This document shows, in pieces, positions 54,530 through 64,000 of a DNA stretch of 64,000 bases. The number at the start of each line of letters is the position of its first letter. Position 1 is the stretch's first letter. Made by a program: the position numbers and the translations under genes. This DNA is from a virus (Duplodnaviria; Caudoviricetes): IMG/VR virus record IMGVR_UViG_3300029288_000063, positions 160,001-224,000 of that record. One strand, given 5' to 3'. The notes under the pieces are model-generated. The model made no database searches. It saw only the letters and a program-made list of their open reading frames with translations, and had not been told where the DNA came from.

Positions 54530-54986
54530 ATGTCCTGCGAAGATAATCTTGCCCGAATAATCGCGGATTCAATGCGTGCGGCGGAAGCCGTTTATTCTGC
54601 CAACAAAGAGGCGAAGATTCATTTCATTGTTCGGGATGATGCCGAGGCGGGGCTTGATGTTGTTGATGATATGTTGATGGGTTTGTCCGCTTGGGAAGCC
54701 GATGTTCGGAGATTGAAAGATGCGGCGTGGTCGTGTGGCAAAAAAATGTCCTGAGTATATGCGTCTCAATATCCTGCAAGACCTGAAGGATACTGCGGCC
54801 CAATATGCCTATGTGCGTATGCACATGGAAAGGATGAAACACATCGACGCAGAGGTTAACCCGGAAAAGGCGCATGGTCACGCGATGGCTATTTTTGTCC
54901 GTTCTCAATATCTGTTGGAGTTGATTGTTGAGATGAAGCGGAAGTTAGTTGGGTTCAAAAACAAGGCGAAAACACAATGCCTCTGA
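54530..54986 (+). pseudogene. helical protein split at an A7 run (54740-54746)
   Basis: removing one A joins ...WSCGKK to CPEYMRLN... in one reading frame. Confidence 0.55.
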
Positions 54987-55762
54987 TTGAAAAAAGCGTG
55001 CTGTTGGGTATTGCGGATAGGGTTGCCGCCCAATATGAGATTCTGTTGGACGCGTTTGGTGCCGTTTCTCAGACCGGTGGTGGTTTGTATTACGAACGTG
55101 TCAATGCAACCGGCGATGTCGATGTTCAGTTGCCTCTATTGCAGCCATATTATACGGTTGATAGGGGTTTTGTTGTTAATCGCTGGATTCAGTTAGCTGG
55201 AAACCTCCCCATTGTTATTACTTCGATGGAAAACCACTTCAACAATATGGGTTCGGTTGGTGGGTGGGATGGATATTTTGCTACTCAATCATGTCGTGTA
55301 AGTGATTATTTTAACCAAGTTTACAAAGTTGCGAAAGCCACCCCGTTATTGGCGACGAATGTGTTTTGTGAGTCGTCCGTGTTGTTTGGAACTGCGGAGG
55401 TTGCGTCAGGCCCGGCTATAGACTTTGTGGATGGTGATGATTTTGGTCCGGGTATGAATCCGAACTTGCGTGCCGATGGTGGAAATTTTGCCGCGTCCCA
55501 GTTGCAGGTCGTTGCGGCGTCTGTTATTGGTGCGTCTGATTTGGACCTTACGGTGACAATGAAGAATTGGGCGGGTGACATTGTCGAGATGGATGTCACG
55601 ATTCCAGCCGGTTCAGGTGTTGGTGTTTCTGTTGCCATCGGTGACTCCACAAACAGGTTCATGGATGTGGTTGGTATTGGGTTTAAGTCCGGTGGTTCGG
55701 CCGGGTCTGTTGGTGATAAGGTTGAGATTTATAACATCAAAGAGCGGGTTGTTGTGTTGTAG
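54977..55762 (+). CDS. putative virion structural protein
   Basis: long ORF in the tail cluster; beta-rich C-terminus. Confidence 0.6.
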   Translation: MPLIEKSVLLGIADRVAAQYEILLDAFGAVSQTGGGLYYERVNATGDVDVQLPLLQPYYTVDRGFVVNRWIQLAGNLPIVITSMENHFNNMGSVGGWDGYFATQSCRVSDYFNQVYKVAKATPLLATNVFCESSVLFGTAEVASGPAIDFVDGDDFGPGMNPNLRADGGNFAASQLQVVAASVIGASDLDLTVTMKNWAGDIVEMDVTIPAGSGVGVSVAIGDSTNRFMDVVGIGFKSGGSAGSVGDKVEIYNIKERVVVL

Positions 55763-55856
55763 CCTCGTATGTTTTTTTAATCATTTGCGTTAGTTAGGAG
55801 CGAAAGAAATCCGTTTTTGACGAACACTTTCGGATGAAATAGGAGGGTATTTTACC

Positions 55857-56978
55857 ATGTCTATGGGCTATATGGGTTTTATCAAGGTGTACCGAACGCT
55901 TGGTACGCCGTTCGCGGGGACGCCAGTTCCGCCGAGTGACCCCGTCTTGCTGTTGGCAACGGGTGGCTCGGTGAACCTGACGTTGGAGCCGCTGTATTCC
56001 AGTGCGGTTTGGGGTGCCGGGTGGTTTAATGCACCAGAGGCGGCGCACTATGCTGACGGTGCCTTGCGTTACGAAGGATCTGTAAGTGTTGAGTGGCAGG
56101 GTAACGCAAACCTGTGGGAAACAATTCGCCAGTGGGCTGTTTACAACCGTGCGTATGCCCGTTCGTGCGATATCTCGACAGACGGCAACCGTGTGTACCA
56201 GTATTGGGCGACCGGTGGTACACCTCAGGCGTTTGATAACCGTGGTGCGTTCTGCTCCTCTGTTTCGATGAGTACCTCTCCCAGTAGCTTGGTAACGGGT
56301 GATGTTGGTATTGTCGCTCTGACCCGTGTTGAGAACATCGCGGCAGGTAAGCCGTACATCGAACAGGATACGGGTGTGACGACGTGCGCGGAGTTAGCGG
56401 AGACGTATCCACTAAACCCGTCTGGTCGTAACACGGACCCGATTCCGTTCTGGCGGACAAATGCCCAGTTGCTCAAGGGCTTCACCTCGACGTATGAGCC
56501 GTTTACAGGCGGAACATCTATTCAGTCCGACCTGAGCGTTATGGATTGGTCGATTGAGCGTAACAACAACCACTATGTTATGTATACGTGTGGTGGTTCC
56601 CGTGAGGCAAAGGCTGTTCTGATGGGTGCGATCAATGCGACTGGTAATGTGACGCTGTTTCATCCGACAGGTGTTCTTGACCCGATCATTGGACCGAACC
56701 CACCCGGCACGGGTACTCCATCTTCTCCGTATTTGTATGCTCAGGATACGGTATTCCGTGTTGCGATTCAGGGCGTGCAGTCTGACGGTGTGACGCCGAA
56801 CATGTATTATGTCGAGTTGCCCGCTGTTGTGGTTGAGACGGAAGACTTTGGTTTGAAGGGTCAGTCCGAGCCGACCACGCGTGCCTTCACTATGAAGGGT
56901 CTTGGTGGTCGCTGTACGACGTCTGGTGGTGTGCTGATGCCGCCGCACATCATGAGTGACCCGGACGTTGTTTACTAA
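55857..56978 (+). CDS. putative tail tube/major tail protein, paralog 1
   Basis: AGGAGG RBS, downstream terminator, motifs shared with 57042 and 59175. Confidence 0.6.
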   Translation: MSMGYMGFIKVYRTLGTPFAGTPVPPSDPVLLLATGGSVNLTLEPLYSSAVWGAGWFNAPEAAHYADGALRYEGSVSVEWQGNANLWETIRQWAVYNRAYARSCDISTDGNRVYQYWATGGTPQAFDNRGAFCSSVSMSTSPSSLVTGDVGIVALTRVENIAAGKPYIEQDTGVTTCAELAETYPLNPSGRNTDPIPFWRTNAQLLKGFTSTYEPFTGGTSIQSDLSVMDWSIERNNNHYVMYTCGGSREAKAVLMGAINATGNVTLFHPTGVLDPIIGPNPPGTGTPSSPYLYAQDTVFRVAIQGVQSDGVTPNMYYVELPAVVVETEDFGLKGQSEPTTRAFTMKGLGGRCTTSGGVLMPPHIMSDPDVVY

Positions 56979-56982
56979 AATC

Positions 56983-57023
56983 AACAGCATGGTTGGGTAT
57001 GTAAATCCCAACCATGCTGTTTG
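56983..57023 (+). terminator. 15-bp perfect hairpin, probable terminator
   Basis: AACAGCATGGTTGGG-N9-CCCAACCATGCTGTT. Confidence 0.8.
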
Positions 57024-57041
57024 TGATATCATGGAGTGTCG

Positions 57042-57857
57042 ATGCTTGGTTATTTCGGTTCTGCTCAGATAGGTGGTACGACCTTCCTGTTTACCGGTGG
57101 CGGAATCAACCTTACGCGAAACCGGATGGATTCATCGGCTTCGTTTGGTGGTCAGACCGCGACGGCGGGTTCGGTTGGTCTTGGTGTTCCTCATCAATAC
57201 GATTACCAGAGCTATGAAGGTTCGTTGGAGTTTGAGCTGGATGATGCTGGAACGTTGTTAGGGATGTTTCAAACGTGGATAACCCAGAGGAATCAGGCGA
57301 GAACTATTGTTATTCGACCGAATGGTTCGTCTACAAATTCGTTTAGTGGGTATTGGAACAGTATGTCTTTTTCCGGGTCGACAAGTTCGTTGGTGACCGG
57401 GTCTGTTGGGTTTGTTGCATTGACAGCCACGATGTCAGCGGGAGAGACGTACCCCACACCACCAGCAGCGGGTGGTATTGTAACGCCTGTTGTGTTTACA
57501 CTGAAGCCTTTGGCGTATTGGCAAACAAAAGTTAATATTGGTGGTGATTTGGACTGTATTTCGTGGACGTTGAATTTTAATCAGGATGTGGTGAAGTTTT
57601 TCACCTGTCAGGGTCAAAGTTCGGCGCAGGCTCCGAAGTATGTTGCGGTTGGTCCGTTGAATGGTGATTTCCAATGTGAGGTCTTGTTGACGGCAGGTAT
57701 TCCGACGGATACGGCGTCGCCTGTTTTGACCTTGGCTTCGCATTCGTTTACGTTTACTGACTCGGAATTGAACAACACGGGTCAATCGTTGAAATCGGGA
57801 AGTGACGTTTTGAGTTTCCCGATGCAGTATCAGTTGTATGGGTATACGTACGCCTGA
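57042..57857 (+). CDS. tail tube-like protein, paralog 2
   Basis: LGYFG, YEGSLEFE, SSLVTGSVGFVAL, PLAYWQT. Confidence 0.55.
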   Translation: MLGYFGSAQIGGTTFLFTGGGINLTRNRMDSSASFGGQTATAGSVGLGVPHQYDYQSYEGSLEFELDDAGTLLGMFQTWITQRNQARTIVIRPNGSSTNSFSGYWNSMSFSGSTSSLVTGSVGFVALTATMSAGETYPTPPAAGGIVTPVVFTLKPLAYWQTKVNIGGDLDCISWTLNFNQDVVKFFTCQGQSSAQAPKYVAVGPLNGDFQCEVLLTAGIPTDTASPVLTLASHSFTFTDSELNNTGQSLKSGSDVLSFPMQYQLYGYTYA

Positions 57858-57985
57858 GTGCTGTTTGTGGTTCATCGCGCATAGCGCGGCATTATTATAT
57901 TCAAATACGATGAACCTAATTCGGCACAGCGGAACCCATTGAGTTGGGAGCTGTGCCGTTTGTTTGGAATGATGAGGGAAATAGA

Positions 57986-58495
57986 ATGGTCAAGATAACG
58001 TCAGCGAAAGAGGAGCAGAAACAACCGGAAAACGGTGGCTCCGCGTTTAACACTGTGGGTGAGCGTGTTGACGAGCGTCTGTCCGGTCCGGGGAAATATG
58101 TAGTTACGAAGGAAAATATGTTTCGGGTTCGGTTTAATCTCTTGAATCGCAATGACCGGTGGGTGATTGTGAATCCGGGGACGGATGATTCCGAGGAGCA
58201 TTGGGTTGAGTTTCGGATGTGGACGTTTAACGAGGAGGTCGAGTTGCGCAAGATGTCGACGCAGTTTGACCCGTTGAAGAAGATTCATATTATTGATAAC
58301 GACCTTCTGAACCGTTTGAAAATTCAGCGTCTTCTGAAAGCGTGGTCGTTTGAAGAACAGAACCCGAAGCTGAAGTTGTTGCATGTGAATGGGGTATTGT
58401 CTGATGAGGGGTGGAAGGCGTTTATAAGCCTGTTTCCGAATATTGTTCGGTTTGTTTTGGAGTCGATGAATGCAGTCCTTGAATATGGTGAGTGA
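57986..58495 (+). CDS. putative tail assembly chaperone, paralog 1
   Basis: NRLKIQRLLKAWSF; lies between tube and tape measure genes. Confidence 0.55.
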   Translation: MVKITSAKEEQKQPENGGSAFNTVGERVDERLSGPGKYVVTKENMFRVRFNLLNRNDRWVIVNPGTDDSEEHWVEFRMWTFNEEVELRKMSTQFDPLKKIHIIDNDLLNRLKIQRLLKAWSFEEQNPKLKLLHVNGVLSDEGWKAFISLFPNIVRFVLESMNAVLEYGE

Positions 58496-59171
58496 GGCTG
58501 CGGAAAGGGAATGGCGTGCCCTGTCCGGCTCCGAGCTTGTAACGATTAAGGTACAAGCCACAAAGCATGGTGATATATGTTTGCCGTGCGGTAATGGTGA
58601 GTTGGATGTATGGGCGAAGTTTGCTCGGATGTCGTGTGGTGATTATTGGGATTTGGAAAGTGAAGTGTCCGTGCGTGTTGAGCTTGGTGGCGGGCGAGAC
58701 TTTACGACATATGTGGATATGTATGAATTGCGTCGTCAGTTTGTGCGCCGGTTTCTGAGGGAATGGAATCTTGATGTTCCCCTTGAGTTTGATAAGGAAA
58801 CGGGGTGGTTGACAAAGGAGTGTTTTGACCGTGTTGGTGCGTTACCCGGGCCGTTGTTAATGTTTATGGCCACAAAATATGAGGAAGATGTTTTTCCGGG
58901 TGAGGCGGAGCAACTGGAGATTGACAAACAGTGTGCGTTGCTGTTTTCAGAGCGTTCTGTTGGTGTTGCGGAGCCGTGTGAGACGGTTGCACTATATTGT
59001 GTTACGACGAACTTTTGGGACAAATTCGGACTTAACAGACAGGATTTGAGAAATTTGTCGTATCGTGATTTTATCAGGCTTCGGTTGATGGTCCACCGAG
59101 AGAATTCAGCGTTGTCTGTTCGACACAGGTCGAAAGAGAAAAAGAATTCGTCGAAAACAAATCTTAGGTGA
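58485..59171 (+). CDS. putative tail assembly chaperone, paralog 2
   Basis: ELRRQFVRRFLREWNL; C-terminal FGL...DLRNLSYRDF. Confidence 0.55.
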   Translation: MVSEAAEREWRALSGSELVTIKVQATKHGDICLPCGNGELDVWAKFARMSCGDYWDLESEVSVRVELGGGRDFTTYVDMYELRRQFVRRFLREWNLDVPLEFDKETGWLTKECFDRVGALPGPLLMFMATKYEEDVFPGEAEQLEIDKQCALLFSERSVGVAEPCETVALYCVTTNFWDKFGLNRQDLRNLSYRDFIRLRLMVHRENSALSVRHRSKEKKNSSKTNLR

Positions 59172-59174
59172 TTT

Positions 59175-60008
59175 ATGGCTGACATAAAGAAACTTGGGTT
59201 TGAAGGTGCGGTTCGAATCTCCTTGGATGGTGGTTCGGCGGCCCAGCTTTTGGCTACGTCGGGTGCGTTGCAGGGTGAGTCGTCGAAACCAACGTTTATT
59301 GGGGTGGATATGCCGCCACCTCCGTCGGACGGTACTGCCGGTGACAATCGCTCCAAGTTTGTGTACTCCGAAGGAACACTCGTTGTTACCGGTTCCGTGA
59401 GTTTTGATTGTACCGAGGAAGTGTTGCCTATTGTTGCCGCGTTGTGTACCGGGCGCGGACAAAGGTTTACGGTTGGTATTGCGGGTGGTGAGGTTGGTAG
59501 GAGATTGCAAAGATGTTACATGACCACGTTGACGTTGTCGGGTGCCACGAATGGTCTTGTAACAGCGTCGCTGTCGTTTGTTTCGGCGTCCGATTTGGAA
59601 GTTGGTGCTGGGTTTACCCCTGTTAAGCGCGACCCGTCGTCCTCGACGTATCAAGAGCCTCTGGCTTATTGGTATACGGGTGGACCTACTGCATCGACAG
59701 ACATAAAGGATTGGTCCCTGTCCGTATCACAAAATGCGACACCTGTATTTGGGAATGTAGCCGGGGTGTCGCCTCTTTATATTCGAATTGGTGTTATGGA
59801 TGCGTCGTTGACGGTGAATACTTATTTGGAGCTTCAGGAAATAGACGAGGTGTCTATCGCGACACAAACGGTGACGATTGTTGCGGGTTATGAGAAGTCG
59901 AGGGAGTTTACGTTATCTCCCTCTGATTTGGAAACGTTTACCTATACGTTCGAGTCGATGTTGGACCCTGCCGGGGGTTCGTCCGGCGATATTATTACCT
60001 TTGAGTAG
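59175..60008 (+). CDS. tail tube-like protein, paralog 3
   Basis: LGFEG, LLATSG, VTGSVSFD, GLVTASLSFV, PLAYWYT, DWSL. Confidence 0.55.
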   Translation: MADIKKLGFEGAVRISLDGGSAAQLLATSGALQGESSKPTFIGVDMPPPPSDGTAGDNRSKFVYSEGTLVVTGSVSFDCTEEVLPIVAALCTGRGQRFTVGIAGGEVGRRLQRCYMTTLTLSGATNGLVTASLSFVSASDLEVGAGFTPVKRDPSSSTYQEPLAYWYTGGPTASTDIKDWSLSVSQNATPVFGNVAGVSPLYIRIGVMDASLTVNTYLELQEIDEVSIATQTVTIVAGYEKSREFTLSPSDLETFTYTFESMLDPAGGSSGDIITFE

Positions 60009-60018
60009 GAGATGTGTC

Positions 60019-60633
60019 ATGTCTGATGAAAGCGTAGCTAAGCCTGAGGTAACGAATGTGTCGCTTCCAGAGCCTGCTGGAACGGTTGCCGAGAGGATGA
60101 CGGGGAACAAGGTGCAGGCGAACAACATTATTGGCGTGGTTTCTGCCCGACGAGAGGCGGAAGCTGATGAGTCGAAGGAAGTTGCGATGCCGAAATTTTT
60201 CATTTCGGCAGATGACCGTGTTCGTGTTGAGGTTGTGGTTCTGTTCAACAAGAAGTCCGGGGAGCTTCTCAATATCGCCCTGCGTGAGTTCAATATCGAC
60301 TTCTCGAAGTTGACGTTTTTGGGCAGCTCATTTGAGTCGTTTGAGTTCTCCCGTCCGACATATGACGAGTTGTCTTCATATCGCCAGAAGTCGATGATGT
60401 TCGACCGCCAGATTGGGAAGATGTTGGTTGACCCGGTGCGTTTGCGCAATTTCCTTATTGTTTTCCATCTTAAGGGGTGGAGCCTTCGTGACAACGAGGG
60501 GAATCCGCTTCCGCTTGGTTTCAATGAAGCCGGTGCCCTTGATGCATCAACGCTGAAAGTGATTGATGCGCTGCACCCGACGATGTTTGATGTTGTTATG
60601 TCGAAGTTTGAGACTGAGATTCTTCTCCAGTAG
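60019..60633 (+). CDS. putative tail assembly chaperone, paralog 3
   Basis: RLRNFLIVFHLKGWSL. Confidence 0.55.
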   Translation: MSDESVAKPEVTNVSLPEPAGTVAERMTGNKVQANNIIGVVSARREAEADESKEVAMPKFFISADDRVRVEVVVLFNKKSGELLNIALREFNIDFSKLTFLGSSFESFEFSRPTYDELSSYRQKSMMFDRQIGKMLVDPVRLRNFLIVFHLKGWSLRDNEGNPLPLGFNEAGALDASTLKVIDALHPTMFDVVMSKFETEILLQ

Positions 60634-60643
60634 GTAAAAGCCG

Positions 60644-63600
60644 ATGCCAAAAGACATAAACGAAGCCATTGAGAAAGACGCAGTACGTATAGCCTCTGCA
60701 TCCAAGGCCATATCGGAGCAGATGCAGGGTACGGTGTCTGCCATCGAAGTTTCGGAGCAATATACAAAGGTGATTTTGGCGCACGCTGCGGCTGAGAAAG
60801 CCTATCTTAAGGCGTTGAACGACAAAGAGGGAAAAGAAAAAGCGGAGCAGAAGCGAAAAGAAGCCTTGATTGCCGTTCTTATTTCTGAAGAGCAGAAACT
60901 CGAAGCATCGAAGAGGTCTATGGAGGCGTTCTCTGACGCAATAAGCCGTGGTCTTGATGAGACCACGGCTATTTCAGAAGCCCAGTCGTCATACAACGAT
61001 ATAATAGACGACTTCATTGCTGGTTCTGAGGCGATGAAAGATCAAATCGACGAAGTAGTCGATGAGATGGAGTCGTATTCAAGGGAGGTCAATGAGGCTG
61101 CCATTGGAACCTCGTTCCTTGCCCAGAAACAGCATGAGGCGAAAGAGGAGGCGGAAGATTTTGCCGGTGGCTTGGGGAAAAGTGCCACGGGTGCGATGGC
61201 TGTTGGGGTCGCTATGGTGTTTGCGGCGACGAAGATTTCCGAACTTAGTGATAGTTTTTCCGATACCGCAAAAGAATTTGCAAAGTTCAACATCGAGGCA
61301 CGCACGCTTTCGAAGTCGTCTCTGATTGCTCCGGGTGGGTTCGAGCAGATTGAGGCGATGCGTGCAGAGTTAGCACTGACGAGAGACGAGAGTTTAGCGT
61401 TTTTCGAAGTATTGCAGGATGGAACATCGTCCGGTGTTGATTCCGTAATGGGGTTGGCTGAAGCCGCCGAACATCTGCATGATGCATTTGGTGAAGACCC
61501 GACGAGTCGCCTGCAAAACTATATCGACCTGTTGAAGGAAATACCGACTCTCGATATGGATCTTTCGATTACAGCCTCGATGGATGACCAGACGGCGGCG
61601 TGGTTTGCGTTGGCTGAAAAGGGGAAGGTTTCGCAGGCGATTGAGCTTCAGATTGCCGGTCTGATGGGTGGGAACAAGGACGAGCTAGACAAGACGATTC
61701 CTCAGGGAGAGCGTGAAATTATTCAGCGCTTGGACCGTGCGGAAAAAATAGAGGATGATATTTACAAGGAGTTGTCGTTAGCGTTCCCGCCGATCCTTCT
61801 TCAAGGTGGGAAGCTGGTTGGTACGGCGATATCCATTGCAGCCGGAGTTACCGGGGTGTATGTATCGGCTGTTGCCACGAAAAGAATCCTCGGAAATGTT
61901 CTTAAAGAAAGCGAGAAGACGGTAGACCTTCTTGGTGAAATATCACGTGGTCAGTTGTTAAGTTCCGGGAACAGGTCGTCTGTTGACACGCTGTCTGGGC
62001 GGGGTATTTCGCGAACAATCCGTGGCAGTATAGTTGAAGCGTTCCGCGAATCGAAAGGTGTGTTTAAAGACGCACTAAAGATGCGTGGGATGGTGTCGGA
62101 GACGGGTGGTACTATTGGTCGTTTTGCGGCAACGCGTCTCGGTGTAACTGCCGCAGGGAAGGCTGCCGCCGGTTCGCTGGCGTCGTCTGCTATGGCGTCG
62201 GGCGGTGGTGTGTCCAAGTTGGGTTTGGCGGGTTTGTCCGGCGCGTTGAAGGCGTTGACGACCCAAGTCGGATTGTCACAAGGTGCGTTGGGTGGATTAA
62301 CGACAGCGGCGACATCCGGTGCGGCGGGGATGTCCGGGGCTGCGGCCGTTGCCGGTACAGCGGCGAGCGTATTTGCGGTGGCTGTTGGTGGTATTGCTGC
62401 CGCTGTACTGCCGATTTATGCAGCCGGGAAATATGGTGAACTTGCTGGTGACATGATGCTTGATGCATCTAAGTCTCTGTCCGATACTAGGATTGGGAAA
62501 GCATTTGATGGACTTCTTACCGCAATCAATCCTGTTAGTGCGTCGTTGTATGTCTTGTCGGGTGGGACGCATTCGTTTTCCGACTCAATGAAGGGTGCTG
62601 GTAAGCAGCTTAAGCTGATTGGTAGCTATTGGGCTGAGGCTGGAAACTCCATTTTGGATTGGCTTAGTTACGACGAGAAAGCCGAAAACCTTCGCAAGAA
62701 GGAACAGGCTGAAGCCCTTCGTGTCTATCGTGCGAATAGCGATGTTGTTAAGTCGTTGCAAAAGACGCAACAATCCGCCTTGCATCTCGAAAAAGCTTTG
62801 AAAAAGATAGACAGTGCGGCGAACACTGATGCTGTAGCCTTGTCGAAGATGAATATGGAAATTTCTTCGATGAAATTGGAGGAACTATCGCAGATTGGCG
62901 GCTCCGTGGCTGATTTTGGAATCGCCGTTCGAGATGGCGCGGATGCTGTTACACGTGGTTATAGTCAACAGATGCGTGCTCTGAAACGTGCGCGTGATAC
63001 GATTGAGAATGATGCGAAGTTGCAGCCAGCAATGCGTGCGGCTGCACTTGCGAAATTGCATAAGGCTGAGATGGAAGCAGCGGCATCCTTTATTGACGGC
63101 ATGATGAGGATGACTGGAAACTTTAAGAATATTCCGAGTGTTGCCAAAAAAGAGCTTCAGATTGGTATCCGTAACGCTCTTGTTGACGTGTCAGCCTCTA
63201 TAGGTAGTGGTTTGTCTGGGTCGAGTTATGACAAGGTTTCTGCCAACTTTAAGGATTCACTTTCTGCATCGGCAGATGTTGCGGATCAGATGGCTGCGGA
63301 CCTTAGCCGTGCCAGAGAGAAGGTGTTAAAGGCTCGGGAAAACGCACCTAATGTAGCCGGTCAGGTAAAGACCGATTTGAAGTTGGCATCGGATTATCTG
63401 GAAAAATCGAGTCCAGAAGAGGCTGCTTTGTCCGCGAAACTGAAAGGTTCGTTGGACATAGGAACAGATGTGAAGTTCAAAAAAGGCATGGAACACGTTG
63501 GAGAGGAAATCGCCAACGAGGCTCAGACAATGATTGATAAGTTGTCAAAGGACCTTGGTGATGTGAATCCGATGGAGTTGGTAACAGATTACGAATCACT

Positions 63601-64000
63601 GTCAAAGGCGGCAGCAGAACTCGGAAAAGCCAAGGCTGAACAGGCGAGACGTGTTAATGAGTTGTTTAACGCGGGTATGAATGCGGATGCGTATGCGGCA
63701 CAAGACAAACTCAAGGCAGACAATATTGCCTATAAAGAAGCCCAAGAGGCTGTTGCTGAAAAACAGAAAGAGATTCTTAAGCTTGTTGAAAATATGGGTG
63801 GTTCAGCGGCTTTGGAATTAGCTCGTCATCGAGAACTCAAAACCTCGGAAGAGAAGTTGGTTGAAATATCGAAAAAGCATCTGTCGTCTCTTGCGTCGGA
63901 GCGTCAATCCGTTGAAAAGCGCATTGCGGGGTTGAAGCTCTTGAAGGATTCGTCAGAAAAAGCCGCGAATATGCAGAAGGCCCAGAACGACCTTTTGATG
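60644..64000 (+). CDS. tape measure protein, 3'-truncated by the window (absent from the ORF track)
   Basis: MPKDINEAIEK... frame appears open to the window end; Ala/Gly-rich helical sequence with hydrophobic stretches; follows the chaperone genes. Confidence 0.8.
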   Translation, partial: MPKDINEAIEKDAVRIASASKAISEQMQGTVSAIEVSEQYTKVILAHAAAEKAYLKALNDKEGKEKAEQKRKEALIAVLISEEQKLEASKRSMEAFSDAISRGLDETTAISEAQSSYNDIIDDFIAGSEAMKDQIDEVVDEMESYSREVNEAAIGTSFLAQKQHEAKEEAEDFAGGLGKSATGAMAVGVAMVFAATKISELSDSFSDTAKEFAKFNIEARTLSKSSLIAPGGFEQIEAMRAELALTRDESLAFFEVLQDGTSSGVDSVMGLAEAAEHLHDAFGEDPTSRLQNYIDLLKEIPTLDMDLSITASMDDQTAAWFALAEKGKVSQAIELQIAGLMGGNKDELDKTIPQGEREIIQRLDRAEKIEDDIYKELSLAFPPILLQGGKLVGTAISIAAGVTGVYVSAVATKRILGNVLKESEKTVDLLGEISRGQLLSSGNRSSVDTLSGRGISRTIRGSIVEAFRESKGVFKDALKMRGMVSETGGTIGRFAATRLGVTAAGKAAAGSLASSAMASGGGVSKLGLAGLSGALKALTTQVGLSQGALGGLTTAATSGAAGMSGAAAVAGTAASVFAVAVGGIAAAVLPIYAAGKYGELAGDMMLDASKSLSDTRIGKAFDGLLTAINPVSASLYVLSGGTHSFSDSMKGAGKQLKLIGSYWAEAGNSILDWLSYDEKAENLRKKEQAEALRVYRANSDVVKSLQKTQQSALHLEKALKKIDSAANTDAVALSKMNMEISSMKLEELSQIGGSVADFGIAVRDGADAVTRGYSQQMRALKRARDTIENDAKLQPAMRAAALAKLHKAEMEAAASFIDGMMRMTGNFKNIPSVAKKELQIGIRNALVDVSASIGSGLSGSSYDKVSANFKDSLSASADVADQMAADLSRAREKVLKARENAPNVAGQVKTDLKLASDYLEKSSPEEAALSAKLKGSLDIGTDVKFKKGMEHVGEEIANEAQTMIDKLSKDLGDVNPMELVTDYESLSKAAAELGKAKAEQARRVNELFNAGMNADAYAAQDKLKADNIAYKEAQEAVAEKQKEILKLVENMGGSAALELARHRELKTSEEKLVEISKKHLSSLASERQSVEKRIAGLKLLKDSSEKAANMQKAQNDLLM

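Overview
This window looks like a 64-kb segment of a large (jumbo-type) tailed dsDNA phage with the standard genetic code and roughly 50% GC. All credible genes but one are on the + strand. From 1 to 28.7 kb it carries bacterial-style replication and repair genes (DnaE, a Dam-family methylase with a putative nuclease, GyrB/GyrA, a PD-(D/E)XK nuclease, NAD-dependent LigA, the N-half of an SbcC/Rad50 ATPase, a RuvC-like resolvase). These are mixed with small early-type genes and host-manipulation genes (radical SAM, spermidine-synthase-like methyltransferase, (p)ppGpp-hydrolase-like HD protein, CoaB, a CoaC-M23 fusion, ClpS). Seven of these genes sit behind a non-canonical bipartite motif, CCAGTTTT-N12-CGATRNT. 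At 29.5-30.7 kb, the only minus-strand gene (HNH plus a TrfA/Rep-like winged helix) flanks a possible origin. From 30.7 to 64 kb is a late/structural region: metacaspase, fibre genes with a duplicated N-terminal module, a PLA2-like protein, a collagen-like fibre, an intein-containing glycosyltransferase, neck/tail-completion-like genes, three paralogous tube-like proteins, three paralogous chaperones and a 3'-truncated tape measure protein. The best candidate for an undescribed system is about 10 otherwise unrelated late proteins that share a portable 14-residue helical tag ([IV]A[KRSE]E[LI]xx[IVL]A[KR]xL), which suggests a capsid-targeting or cargo-loading signal. Product calls rest on motifs recognised by eye; no database searches were run. 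No tRNA, rRNA or CRISPR array was seen.
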